A stretch of DNA of 63,016 nt, the filler included, from Folioceros fuciformis (lineage: Eukaryota), in the NCBI GenBank assembly GCA_049999805.1. It is 12 parts of 12 records of this genome, joined end to end, with 100 filler letters (N's around TTAATTAATTAA, not from the genome) between each part and the next. Parts side by side here need not be neighbours in the genome. Positions count along the whole stretch, not along the records: positions 1 to 7,374 come from JBNGIO010001476.1; positions 7,475 to 12,492 come from JBNGIO010001477.1; 10 more parts are not named here. One strand, 5' to 3'. The notes under the pieces are model-generated. The model saw nothing but the letters and a program-made list of their open reading frames with translations. It was not told where the DNA came from and did no database searches. Shown here one piece after another: positions 1 through 11,287 of the stretch. Made by a program: the position numbers and the translations under genes. How positions within the stretch are numbered: position 1 is the stretch's first letter; each line of letters begins with the position of its first letter.

Positions 1-578
1 AGTGATGAGCGTTACATCATCAGCAAAGGCAGAGGACGCAGATGCAGGACACCTGTACCATGTAACAGGCGACACGCATCTTCCGTAAGCTGAGAAACTC
101 CCGGCTTTGAAGGCCACGTGCCTTTAATCGGCACGGTTGGGATTGGACCGCTAGAATTTAAGAAAACGTCCAAATAATGTGAATTCTTTGTTAAAAATTG
201 AGGCATCTATATTTTATAAAAATCAAATAATTAAAAAAAATATACGTGTTACAACAAGCTTCGCGCGTGCGTCATGCACGACGTTTGAGGATAGAGGTGG
301 AAGCTGCTGGAGGGGGCCCGCGGTAGACTCCGCGTTGTTGAGGTTGAACGATAACCTTACGGTCCCCTTCGGATTTCGACACGGGACGGAGGTGGGGATC
401 GGATTCCTACGCACAGTTCTTGTAGCTTGCTTCTTTCATCTACGATGCTTGGGTGTTTGATTTGAAACGTTTCCAGCGTCCATGTTTTCGATGACGACGT
501 CTGTGGAAGTTTGGGACAATTTGAATGGTAATGGATCTAAGTGATTTTGTAGGTTCCGTGTGCTGAGGTGAGGGCGCC

Positions 579-1121
579 ATGGTGCTGATCAAGGAGAAGT
601 TCCGTTGTCGGGACGGGGATAAGGTTCACGTTAGGGATCCGTTGGCGGAGGCGAGAGGTGATTCCCCGAATGCTTATAGAGTTGAGGAAGCAGGAGCTCC
701 TAAGGAGAATCTGCGGCCTCTGGTCACGGGTGGTCCGCTTGCGCAACTGAGAAGAAACACGGAACTGTATAAGCAGCGGCACGAGGAGCCTTTACAGCAG
801 GGAACAGATGCGAGCCGAAACGTTGTGGAGGACTGTTGCCAGTCATCAGACGGGGAAGTGCCAAGCCGCGTACAGTCCTTGACCTCATTTTGTCCCGGAT
901 GCTTTCAGTCTGGTGAAGCGAAACACGAAGCTCTTCTCCAGGAGTTGGCTCAGACAGACAAGCTCGATGATCACATTTCAAGTGATATAATCGAATACAA
1001 TCGGAGGCCGCAGGAGAAGAAATACTACGGAGCAGGACCGCAGGGAATCACTGGCTTCTGCACTAAACATGCTTTAATCTCATTTCTGAAAAAGCTGTCC
1101 GCGTGCGCGTGTAGGGACTAA
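579..1121 (+). CDS. Hypothetical protein (180 aa), no recognised family
   Basis: Single ORF with ATG in good Kozak context (gcgccATGG), preceded by an acceptor-like TTTTGTAG at ~545-552; no domain recognised. Confidence 0.35.
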   Translation: MVLIKEKFRCRDGDKVHVRDPLAEARGDSPNAYRVEEAGAPKENLRPLVTGGPLAQLRRNTELYKQRHEEPLQQGTDASRNVVEDCCQSSDGEVPSRVQSLTSFCPGCFQSGEAKHEALLQELAQTDKLDDHISSDIIEYNRRPQEKKYYGAGPQGITGFCTKHALISFLKKLSACACRD

Positions 1122-1188
1122 GACAAATTGCAGCTCCAAATTGTGCAAATCTGTAGGGCCCATGGCCGACGAAACCACACACGACGTC

Positions 1189-2288
1189 TCAGATGGCTGC
1201 GAAGGCCTTCTTACTGCCTCCATCCGAGGCCCCTGCAGGGATTACCTTCAAAACGTTGAACCTGATAGTCTTCGACAGAGGCCTGAAACGCGAGCCACCA
1301 CAATTAGAGAGGATCGGAATTGTCTAGCTGCAGGTAGCATCGACATGTTCACACACCTGCACTGTCCAACGATAACCTTGTCACCCTCCTTAACACGGAA
1401 GCAGGGGGAAACGTGGGCAGACAAGTTCGAGTGCCTCTTCTCGTACCTGAGGCAGTAGGGAACACGGGTGACAAAACCTGCCTGTCAGAGAAAGACCACA
1501 ACGAACAATTTCCTCAGAACAAGGATGAAAACAGGGAAAGGAACACCAACCTCTGATACTTCCTCACAAAGTGTAAATAATCCCTCCGCACCACTATGGT
1601 GCGAGTCATCTTCGCATTGTAGACGGTGCCGGTGAGAATACGACCCCTGATACTAACGTTTCCAGTGAACGGGCACTTCTTGTCAACGTAAGATCCTGCA
1701 AGAAGTCCAAAAAAAATCGGCACCCTTCGTAACCATTACCCTTGCACACTCCAGTCCGGAAGCTCTACAACGATAACAACTACACTTGAGGCTAACGCAC
1801 CCTCAATTGCTTCACGGGGAGTCTTAAATCCAAGGCCCACGTTTTTCCAAAATCGCTGGCCAGCTTTCCCTGGAGCCTTGCCCTTCTTAGAGGCCTTGCT
1901 ACTGCAAAACCACAGGATAAGCAAACCAGGATTCAGTACAAAATCCGAGGTCCATCGTCCACGCCAGACAAATGAGCTAGAAACAGGGGAGTCCATCCTA
2001 AACCCTCATCTTCTTCGGACTGCCACAAAACCTTCGACTTCCACAACCGAAGCTGAATCAACGTCACATACGATGTGGAACGGGAATTCTCATACGCTAC
2101 CTCAGGAACACCTTAGGCTGCTTCAAAAACGCGCGCTCCGTCTGCACCAAACAACCCCGATGCCGTCAGTAAAAGCTCTGCTCGGAAAGGCTGCAAGACC
2201 TTATCTGCTGCTGGCCTGGGATCGCCGCAGCAAACCAAGACAGCCAAGCACGCGAAGACTTCCTGATGGGCCGCACCTGCTCCGCCAT
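1189..2288 (-). CDS. RPS11: 40S ribosomal protein S11 (uS17), 6 exons, 160 aa
   Basis: Exons 2288-2277, 2141-2101, 1901-1801, 1695-1551, 1446-1357, 1282-1189; all GT-AG with consistent phases. Spliced protein [17 protein letters not shown]...[33 protein letters not shown]...[18 protein letters not shown]...[17 protein letters not shown]. Confidence 0.97.
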
Positions 2289-2671
2289 GGTTACAGGGTC
2301 GCCGCAAAAACCCTACTACCGTGCGCGTCACAAAAGACTTCGGAAGGGGAGGAACGTGCTAGAAAAGGGCAACTGAACCCTAGAATAGAACAACCCCTAA
2401 TCTCTGAATATGTAACTAACTAGGGTTAGGGCGAGAGTCTTCAGAATGCAGCAGACACCAGTGTCGGTTGCAGCAGGGCAAGGGCTCCTTCTTGGCCGCT
2501 GGAATTGAAGGAATTCTGAATTGTCGCTGTCTGTTGCTTTCGCCGATCGCTGATAGTTTGTGGGAAGGGTGTCGGATTTGGTGCACAATCAGAGGTGTAG
2601 CGGGCTGGGATTACAGGGAATCGGACCATAGCCAATTGAGGTTGAATTGAGAGCAATTTGGGGTATCCAGG
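2289..2671. promoter_or_regulatory. Shared divergent promoter/5' UTR region of RPS11 and TIM23 with telo-boxes
   Basis: 383 bp between the two ATGs; AAACCCTA at 2308-2315, AACCCTA at 2376-2382, TAGGGTTAGGG at 2421-2431. Telo-boxes are known from plant ribosomal-protein promoters. Confidence 0.6.
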
Positions 2672-3250
2672 ATGCAGGATGACACGCAGGCTGAGGGGTT
2701 TGGAGCGAACGATGGCAGCGGCCCCCGGCTGTACAATCCGTATGCAGATCTGTATGGCGCTGTGGATGCAAGGTCGCTGGACACCATCTTCAAGCTTCCC
2801 AGCGCCCCGGAGCTGTTGTTCACGGAGGAGGCCGTGGCGCAGAGACGGAGCTGGAGCGAGAATTTGACCTACTACACGGGGTGCGGGTATCTGTCCGGGG
2901 CCGTGCTCGGAGGTGGCAAGGGGTTGATCGAGGGTTTGAGGGCGGAGGAAGGTGACACAATGAAGCTGAGGGTGAACCGGGTGTTGAACTCATCGGGTCA
3001 GAAGGGCAGGACGGTGGGGAACACGTTGGGAATTCTAGGTTTGCTTTATGCTGGGATGGAGAGCTTTAGCGCGCATGTTCGGGGCACGGACGACATTCTT
3101 AACAGCGTGACAGCGGGGCTCGGCACGGGTGCGATGTACAAGGCGGCGTCGGGCCCTCGCACGGCTGCCATTGCGGGGGCGCTGGGTGGAATGACTGCCG
3201 CTGGCTTGGTTGCTGGGAAGCAATTTTCGAAAAGATACCTTGCTATTTGA
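2672..3250 (+). CDS. TIM23: Mitochondrial inner membrane translocase subunit TIM23 (Tim17/22/23 family), single exon
   Basis: RLYNPY..L, LP..PE.LF.EE...RRSWSENLTYYTGCGYL, KLRVNRVLNSSGQ, GNTLGILGLLYAGMES, NSVTAGLGTGAMYKAASGPR are typical plant TIM23 motifs. Confidence 0.95.
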   Translation: MQDDTQAEGFGANDGSGPRLYNPYADLYGAVDARSLDTIFKLPSAPELLFTEEAVAQRRSWSENLTYYTGCGYLSGAVLGGGKGLIEGLRAEEGDTMKLRVNRVLNSSGQKGRTVGNTLGILGLLYAGMESFSAHVRGTDDILNSVTAGLGTGAMYKAASGPRTAAIAGALGGMTAAGLVAGKQFSKRYLAI

Positions 3251-4145
3251 GATCTGTTTGAGGTCGGCGAAGGGGTTTGCGGGAGATTTTAGACTGGCAG
3301 GTACTTATCTCAGGGTAGGCTGTGGAAGAATCGATTTTCTCTGTGTAGCACTCAGGTTTAGAGCACAAGACATGGCAGTGCAGCAGTTACGCCCTGCGGA
3401 GTTTCTGGTGCCTTCCAGTGCAGTGCAGTGCACTGCACTTTGTAGAGTGTTGAATGTGCATGCGATGCATCACTGCAGGTGACTCCTTGCCAGGCTCGCT
3501 GGACCCCTCCCACAGTGAAACAACTCCAGCCGGACTGGATGGGAGTGTCTGCAAGCTGAAAGAGTGGTATGTGCTCACGTCTGCAGCATGCTTCGTTCAC
3601 CATTACTTTCCTTCATTTGTCGAATTAATCTCGAGAGTTTTACAGAAAAATCCCGATTATGAGTATGTTCCGTGGACTATTTTCCGGGTACATTTAGGTC
3701 AAGAACTAGGTTAAGCGGATTGCTATAGATACATGTGGTTGCGAATTGTTCTCTTGGGCAGCTGAATTTTTCCTCCAGTCTACTTGTCTCCTCTACATTT
3801 CCGGTCCCGATGCCGCCTGTGGCATCAACAGCTACATTTTCAGTTGATACATGGAGCATAGCCTTCTTTTCTTATGCACTTTGCCGTGTCCTCCTCTAGT
3901 GAGAGCACTCACCACGACCAGAGACTGCGTCTAGGACCTGGCGGAGTAACTGCACTTACTTGCAGATGCTGCTCTGAGGCACCAAGGTAGGCATTGTGGG
4001 GCTGTTCCATTGTTCCGTGCTTAGTGAATTCGTCGGAATTGGAGTTGACTGGTCATTGGACTGGGCTTGTAAGTTGTCAGGGCCAGCTGAACTGTAAAAG
4101 TAGGTACAATATCATGTACCGAATTTGATTTCGAGAATGCAAGAT

Positions 4146-4525
4146 CACGTGACCTCCTTCTCTCCCCTCTCTCCTCGTCGTCAACACTCCCCTCGGCAGG
4201 GACAAGTGTGTTCAGCTATCTGTCTGAGAACAGGCAGTGTTAGTGTCTGAGGCGGCTCGCATTCTGGATAGACGACTCCGATTTCCTTGCGTGGATGGCA
4301 CAGATCAGCCTGATGAGCCAATTGTGATTTTCTCCTGCTGGTTTGCGTGGTGTTATCCTGTTGCTCTTCCCTGACGACAGGAAGATAAACCTCACCGCTG
4401 CTGCGAGTGTGTGCCCTCCTGGACTCTCATCTTCGCACCAGCCCCACTGCAAGTTCCATCTTTTTCCTGCCAGCTGTGCTTTCTCTTTGAGCTCTGCAGA
4501 AGCCGTCACCGAGCTTGCGCACGTG
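4146..4525 (+). promoter_or_regulatory. G-box/ABRE-like CACGTG motifs upstream of the AWPM-19 gene
   Basis: CACGTG at 4146-4151 and 4520-4525; AWPM-19 genes are classically ABA-induced. Function is inferred only. Confidence 0.3.
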
Positions 4526-4756
4526 TTCTTGAAGCTTGATCTTCTAAGTATAAGGAGGTGCAGTTCTGAGAATTGCGGATACCCCGTGTCTTGAATTGTC
4601 CAAAGACGGTGGTGGGCGGTAGTGCTTCGTTTCTGAGGCTACGTTATCGATAGGACTTACGCCTGCTGGGAATCAATCTTGCGGAGCCGACAGCTGAGAA
4701 AGACCTGTGCAAAAGAAACACCTGTGGTTCGACCTGCGGAGACGAAGGGGCTAGCC

Positions 4757-5669
4757 ATGGCGATGGGAGCTGGCCGGGGAATGCTAGCCGCGCTTCTGGT
4801 TATCAACTTCCTTGCGACCTGCGTGGAGCTGGGCATAGCGAGCTGGGCCATAAATCGTTACATCAACCAAATCGGGTCAATACCGTCTCCGGTCGGTGGG
4901 GTGGGAGGTTTCACAGCTATCGGTGGTATGTTTCAGACATTCGCTCTCACCTTCGCTCGCGATATGTGTGAACAATCTCGTCCTGCTGTGTCCAAGTCTT
5001 CTTGCGAACTTCTGATAATCAAATCAATGTACGTAAAAATCTGCACTGCAGGCAATCCGGTGACACCGATTTTCGTTACTGTGGCCCTCATTTCTGGAGT
5101 GGTCGCAGCGGCTTCAGTTTTCGCTGCCCTCCATCACGTTCAGGTCTGGAGGTGGGAGAGTCTAGCCACAGCTCAAGCTACCAACTTGATCGACCTGATG
5201 TTGTCGCTTTTGGCTCTCGGGTAACGATATGATCCAGACGTCGGGGAAGTTTTGTTTCTTAATCACTCTATTGTGAACTGGGTATCCAGAAACATCCAAG
5301 TTTTGTCAAGTGAACTGGACGCTGACAAGCTTCTGTTGTATTCCAGCTTTGCTTCTAAGGAGATCAACTACGGCCCTCGTGACAGGAGGCTGGTGAGTCT
5401 GCAGACTCTTTCCATTTTGTAGGAACGCTCCCTCTAAACATTAGTCCCTCTCTATGCATCACGGTTTGCCACCTACAACTATCGTTGTGATTTTGCAGAG
5501 GTGTCTGGAAGCGTTTGTCATCATTCTGGCTGGACTCAGATTGCTGCAGGTGCTTCTAGTCCACTCAGGGATGTATGGGGAAAGATTTGGACCACGTTTC
5601 AAAGAGACTGCGCCAGGTGCAGGCCCAGTGGAACCTCAGAAGGGAGCTGCTGCTACAGCCACCGTCTAG
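4757..5669 (+). CDS. AWPM-19-like (PM19L) plasma membrane protein, 4 exons
   Basis: Exons 4757-4925, 5052-5220, 5347-5392, 5499-5669 (GT-AG, phases consistent). Motifs LLVINF...GIASWAIN, GN..T..FV..ALISGVV..AS...LHHV..WR.ESLA, GFASKEI..G.R.RRLR.LEAFVIIL. Confidence 0.92.
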
Positions 5670-6330
5670 AGCCTGGATCTGGGACCTGGGATAACTAGAA
5701 TCAAAAGTTTGTGTGCCAGGAATATGTATACTGAACAGCACCAAACAGGTCTTTCCAATCGAAGCTGATAGCTCTCTCTGTGCTTTATAGGAAGAGTTGC
5801 TGCTTCGACGTCTTGTGCAGATCCCTAATCCAGTTCGGGTAGACGTAGCCTAAATCATGCAGGTGTGGTTTGTCAAGTTACAGTACAAGTCTTGTGCAGG
5901 TCTTTAAAACAGTTTAGAGTCGCTTTGTCCACCCAAACTTCGGGTAGACGAAGAAGGGTACATCGTGTAGATAAGAAAACCCACAATATAGGTGAATGAG
6001 TAGACATGCTCGTCACACCTCAACCTGGAAACCCTTTGAACAATTGGATATCATGCTGTCCAGTATGCAGAGGGAGAAAGGCCAATAAAAAAGAATTATT
6101 TACTTTAAACCCTTGCAAATATCAGAGCTGTCCGCCATGAAATACCGAGTAACATCTACTCTCTGCCAAAATTTTGCCTGCGACATCCTAGTATATCATA
6201 CGCTGATCCAGTATCCCGAGCTTGTGACCAAGAATTCCGAAAATGTGAAACAGTCATACCACCACCAGCCAGTTCATCACAACAGACACCAGCGAGATAG
6301 GATCACACATGCTCCGCTAGGCCATCTGCT

Positions 6331-7374
6331 CTAAGTGGCATATTCATCTTCGACACTACGCTTCTTCGGTGGAGGGTTGCCTCCTGCAAGGTAAACGTAA
6401 GTATAGAATCCGAACATCGCAGCACTAGCCAAGGCCACGAGAGCAGTAGGGAAAATTCCTCCAGTGATCTTAAACCGCCGGATCTCTCGGACGCAAATTG
6501 CCAGAGCTATCACGCCTTGGCCCTGAATGTATGGAAGGGAGGACTTGCCCTGCCTCCACGCCTTAAGACTTGAGACGCTGAGGAACAAAATAAGGCCCCC
6601 CAGGAACAGACCAAATCTGAGAGCAGCAACACTGCCTGAAACAACAAACCACAAAACACCACCTCCAGTGAGTAGAGCTCCGTATGGAATACCAAGGCAG
6701 AAATCATGAATCCTGGCCCAGTTCTCGGGCCTTCCAGACTCGAAATGAGCATCCAGAGCTGTCTCAGCAATGTCCCTGATCGGCTCAGGACCGGACTCGG
6801 CAATGAGAAGCAAGTTAGCCTTGCTCTGGCCAGCTGCTTCCTGCGCGGAAGCTGCTAGGGCAACCCTAGCCCTCTCTGCATGATCCCGCAACTGCTCGGT
6901 CGCGTCCCGCAACTGTGCCAACGCCCGGGCTGCAGATTCCTCTAGGGCCATAGCAGCTCCGGCTTTTTCCGCCTGATCCCGGAGCTGCTCGGTGGTTTCA
7001 CGCAAGATAGCCAAGGCCCGTTCCGAGGACTCATCGTAAATCACGCCCTTGAGCTTCTGCACTTCCTCGGCGAGCCGATCCACGGCCTGAGTCCAAGCCT
7101 CCTTGGACTCCTCATCTGCCTCCGTAGCCTCAGGTTCGTCGATCCTTGCATACGCCGCCTCATCCTGGGTGGAAGCACCAATTCTCCACCTCAAAGCACT
7201 GAGATTCCCCTTCAAGCTGCTCCCGGCTCCAGAGTTCCACTGTCCTGCGCAACGCCGCCTCCCGGCCAGCTTCCACTCACAATGCAGGGCATGCAGGGAC
7301 TTCCTTCTCGCCACGCGCACACACAGGGACGCAGACCCGCCTCCGATCCCCGAGCCGGACAGCAAACCAGGTTC
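6331..7374 (-). CDS. FAX3: FATTY ACID EXPORT 3-like chloroplast TMEM14 protein; intronless over the visible part, 5'-truncated by the contig edge
   Basis: C-terminal Tmemb_14 domain (IHDFCLGIPYG...GG...RFG..LGG..L..S...W..GK...YLAGGNPPPKK) after an Ala/Glu-rich coiled-coil and a transit-peptide-like region; frame is open to the linker. Confidence 0.85.
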   Translation of the reverse strand, partial: EPGLLSGSGIGGGSASLCVRVARRKSLHALHCEWKLAGRRRCAGQWNSGAGSSLKGNLSALRWRIGASTQDEAAYARIDEPEATEADEESKEAWTQAVDRLAEEVQKLKGVIYDESSERALAILRETTEQLRDQAEKAGAAMALEESAARALAQLRDATEQLRDHAERARVALAASAQEAAGQSKANLLLIAESGPEPIRDIAETALDAHFESGRPENWARIHDFCLGIPYGALLTGGGVLWFVVSGSVAALRFGLFLGGLILFLSVSSLKAWRQGKSSLPYIQGQGVIALAICVREIRRFKITGGIFPTALVALASAAMFGFYTYVYLAGGNPPPKKRSVEDEYAT

Positions 7375-7474
7375 NNNNNNNNNNNNNNNNNNNNNNNNNN
7401 NNNNNNNNNNNNNNNNNNTTAATTAATTAANNNNNNNNNNNNNNNNNNNNNNNNNNNNNNNNNNNNNNNNNNNN
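7375..7474. other. Artificial contig linker
   Basis: 44 N + TTAATTAATTAA (stops in all six frames) + 44 N. Confidence 0.99.
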
Positions 7475-7475
7475 C

Positions 7476-8279
7476 TCCATCCCTGTTGATTGGAGCAAAG
7501 ATGCAAATGTGTGCTTGGCACAGGTTCAAGCCAGAGCAGAAGTATTTCAAAGAATTCTTCCCATGGCTATGGATAATTTGGCTGTGGCCCAGCATCGGGA
7601 CCAGCTGAGGTATGCTTATACGCGGGGGGGCTCGTGGAAGCCCAAAGGCCGCAAGTTTGCATCTGGAGATTACGTGTACTTGCAGCGCAGGCCTGCAAGC
7701 ACGTTAGATGTCAGCACAGGAAGGCTTATCCTGCGAGTTGTCCAGGTTGGTGAGCAAGGTGTGGTTGAACTTGAAGGAAGAGATGGCAGAAGGTGCAAGG
7801 AACACATGAAGCACTTGGCTCCATGCCATTTGCCTGATCTGGATACACGAACTGTGCCTCAGACCTGGACGCCACCAGCAGATTTGCCCTGTGAGGAGTG
7901 TGGACACACAACTGACGACGAATTCATGTTGCTATGTGACAGGTGTAACCGTGGTTACCATCTGTTTTGCCTCAAACCGGCACTGGACAGTGTTCCAGAA
8001 GAAGAATGGCTATGTGATCACTGTAATGTGCTAAGTGTGAACGTGGCTCTTACAGAAGGTGATACTGAGGTTGTCTTAAATTCACACACGTTGGAAGCTG
8101 AAACAGCAGTTGACAGTCTCTCTGGATTCAAGCTGCCCAGTGAGATTACGATTACACAGGAGGCATAAGAAGACCCATCAGATGATGAGGATCTAGAAGA
8201 TGACGCCATTCCTCCTCCTCGGTCAGAACCACCGTCAGTGTTGGACAAGCTACGTTCTCGCTGGTGGGGACGTTGGTAA
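7476..8279 (+). mobile_element. 3' end of a Ty3/Gypsy pol: integrase C-terminal region followed by a PHD finger
   Basis: AMDNL.VAQHRD..RYA..RGG.W.PK.RKF..GDYVYL...LRVVQV...GVVELEG...H...LAPCHLP resembles a Gypsy integrase tail. C4HC3 PHD (CEEC...MLLCDRCNRGYHLFCLKPALDSVPEEEWLCDHC) at 7890-8024. TAA at 8166-8168 is probably premature, as the frame continues to 8279. Confidence 0.85.
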
Positions 8280-8357
8280 GTAGTTGTTTGTTTTCCTAGG
8301 CCAAGTTGGTCTAAACAATTTTGTGGGAAACCAGGTGGCTAGGCCTCCAAGTTTCCC

Positions 8358-8615
8358 AGGGGGGCTGTTGACGGGTCCCGGGTCTGCCTCTCTTAGGCAA
8401 ACCTAGTCTCTTTTTGTAGCCTTGCTCTTGGCCATAGGCCAAGGACAAATTAAGGCTAGGATTGTTGCAAACCTAGTCTCTTTTTGTAGCCTTGCTCTTG
8501 GCCATAGGCCAAGGACAAATTAAGGCTAGGATTGTTGCTCCTGGGCCGAAGGCCAAGGAGATCGCAGGCAGGCGGAAGCTTAGTGACCTAGCTTGGTAGA
8601 CAGGCTAGGTAGGCA
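8358..8615 (+). mobile_element. Polypurine tract and probable 3' LTR of the PHD-bearing element
   Basis: AGGGGGG at 8358-8364, then TGTTG at 8366; the CA end is uncertain (8602 or 8615). Confidence 0.55.
8397..8538. repeat. 70-bp tandem duplication (2 copies) within the putative LTR
   Basis: gcaaacctagtctctttttgtagcc...ggctaggattgtt begins at 8397 and again at 8467. Confidence 0.95.
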
Positions 8616-9180
8616 TGCAGCTATGCGGCTGCTGCGCGACACGTTCGTCTCAAATGAAATGTTCACAAACTCTTGGAAACTTGAGACAAGTTGGAGAAGA
8701 ACTTCGCTTAATCCGACCACAATCTGCATCTTCCAGTCCTTGTAATTCTTCTCCGAAGAACATGCAACAATCAGGAAGCATTTTCATCAAGGCAGCAATG
8801 GATTAACTTTCATTTAACTGTCACCCTATTCCACTCGCTTCATTACCGAAACCGTAATTATCGACATTCGTGATGTGGATTTATTTGAGAATTTCTTGGC
8901 CAACTCTACTCGTTTAAGGTCTGTGTTTCACATCGAGGCCTCCAAACCTCACCCCCTAGACGCTTCTCGAACGTATGGTGTAGGCGGCTACATATGACGT
9001 TGTCGTCGCATGTGGAATAAAGACCCGAAGTTGAAGCTGTGTACGTGCGGGCCAGACCTACGGACTCTCATTCGAGCTGTGGTTGATCGTCTCGACTTTA
9101 AGGCGTAGTTGACCGAGCTGAGGCTTATTTGTGTTGTGGATTGGAAGGGAGAATTGCCTGCAACAAGACGTAATCAAATC

Positions 9181-9924
9181 ATGATGTTGAGTAGCGTAGG
9201 GAGGGTAGGGGCAGGTGCTATCAAGAGCAGCAGGTTTGGCGCGCAAGGGGGTGTTGCTTGCAGGTGGTACCATGAAAGGGTGGTGGATCACTACAACAAT
9301 CCTCGCAACGTAGGCTCGTTCTCGAAGGAGGATCCAAACGTTGGCACGGGCCTCGTGGGAGCACCTGCCTGCGGAGATGTGATGAAGTTGCAAATTAGGG
9401 TTGATGAGGACGGCAAAATCGTTGATTCCTGCTTCAAGACCTTCGGCTGCGGCTCCGCGATTGCCTCCTCCTCTGTCGGTATGGCTTGTGGTTTGCTCTC
9501 GTGTTTGTAGTTTCTCAGTCTGAGCTTGCACTGCCGGGGCTTCGATGATCTACTACTTGTTTTCCTAGGTTTTCGCTCACCGTCGTGCTGACTTATGGCA
9601 GTTACGGACTGGGTCAAGGGGAAGCAAGTGGAGGACGTGGGCAGCATAAAGAATAGGTGCAGTGGAACAAGTGTTCTGTCCATGATTGAACTCTTGTTTG
9701 CTTGTGCTTGCTAATTTCCTATGATTCCTGCTGATTTCCTTTTTGTTTGGTTTTGATGCAGTGACATAGCGAAGCATCTCTCGCTTCCTCCAGTGAAACT
9801 GCACTGCAGCATGCTAGCAGAGGATGCAATCAAGGCCGCTGTGAAGGATCTTCAGGATAAGAGAGAAAAGCTCAAAATTGGTCCAGAGGGTCAGGACGAG
9901 GTGCTAAGTTCAGCATGCTCCTGA
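9181..9924 (+). CDS. ISU1: Mitochondrial iron-sulfur cluster scaffold ISU1/IscU, 3 exons
   Basis: Exons 9181-9478, 9602-9656, 9762-9924. YHERVVDHYNNPRNVGSF, GAPACGDVMKLQI, FKTFGCGSAIASSS, LPPVKLHCSMLAEDAIKAAV; presequence-like N-terminus. Confidence 0.97.
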
Positions 9925-11287
9925 GTAAACCCCAACGGCATGTGACACACTCCTGCGGATGTGCCTATTGCCGTAGACCTTTTGTGCTTGTACTGCATGA
10001 AGATTGAAGAGATGAGCCGAAGCCTTTGTGCTCGGAAGTCAGAGCTTTGTACATGTGTCTAGAGAACACTGCGACTACCAGTCACCTGTATATGTTTCTA
10101 GACAACGGTGCTTCTTTGAGTCGCGTAGCTCGTCAACAGGAGGTAGAATTCGTGGTCCATGGCCTTCACCAGGTCATCTTTTGGGGCTGTAGTGGGTCCT
10201 CTAGTGGGTCCTGGTCCACTTGTTTACATGCACTCCTATCCTGATAAAATGTAACATGAAAATATCTCCCTGAGACTGTCGTAGAAGTCACTGGTGACCA
10301 ATGAAGACCTCGTGGCAGCAGCTTTTGTCGGTGTGCCCTCGTGGGAGGACAGTTAGCCGTCAGTACGAACTCGAGCAGCGCTGTGATTCTCGACGTTCCA
10401 CCGAAGGGACCACAATCTACGTAAGTACTTTCCAAGTACCACAGTGTTCTCCTCGTGACTTCACTCCTCCTTCTACTTGATATGAGAGCTCAACCGGCGA
10501 CGTCCGGATGTCCACGTCCACCTATGTTATTGCTACGATACCAGCTACTGAGTTGTGAAAACCTTTGTCCGCGATGATATGACCAAAAGACTTTTTTCAA
10601 CCACATGGACAACGCAGCGGCGTGAGGACACCGTAGAGTGGTGAGCTCAAAGTTGATAGCAAAAACGTCCTCGCAAGGACCTGGAATGTATCGACACATT
10701 GCTGTACAATCTCACCTACATTGTTCTCCCCTCTCCCACCTCAACTCACCCACCCAACTATATTTACCTAATCTACTGTGTGAGCTCTTCCGTAGGCTAG
10801 CCTGCGCACAAGCCCATTCCAACCTGCGCACAAGCCCATTCCAACTTCAAAGACTGCTGGCTCACAGGAAAGCAGCTAAATATTACTTCCAAAAAAGAAA
10901 GGGCATCCTGCAGGCCTGCATTTGGAAAAGATCAAGGCTAGGAAGAGGAACGATCAATTGACTAGCCATCGGCACATTCAGTGACACTCGCAGATGATTG
11001 ACACAGTTCCTTGTCTAAGCAGAAGCATGGAGTGTCTTAGAAACCCTTTGGAAATGTGGAGACATTCAATGGGCTTGATACAGAACTAATCCACCTCGCT
11101 TGTTTGCCATGACGAGCTGTTGTAGAGATTACAGCCTGTATAGGTCGAAAGAGAGTCCATACAGCTACAAAAAGCAGCCTTGTGGCCGCGCAGCTCCTTC
11201 CTGAACACATGAGTGTCGCTGACATCCGTCTGTTCAGCAAGGCATCCTTTCCCTTCAACCCGTCACATGCCCAAGCAGTTGTAGCTC

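Noticed and set aside
1-95. Possible C/D box snoRNA (GTGATGA at 2-8, CTGA at 90-93)
   Set aside because: No rRNA-complementary guide recognised, and the terminal stem cannot be assessed at the window edge.
1878-2423. 181-aa plus-strand ORF
   Set aside because: Antisense shadow of RPS11 exons and introns; no recognisable protein.
10533-10544. PBS-like GCTACGATACCA, suggesting a small TRIM
   Set aside because: Two mismatches to the iMet PBS and no flanking direct repeats found.
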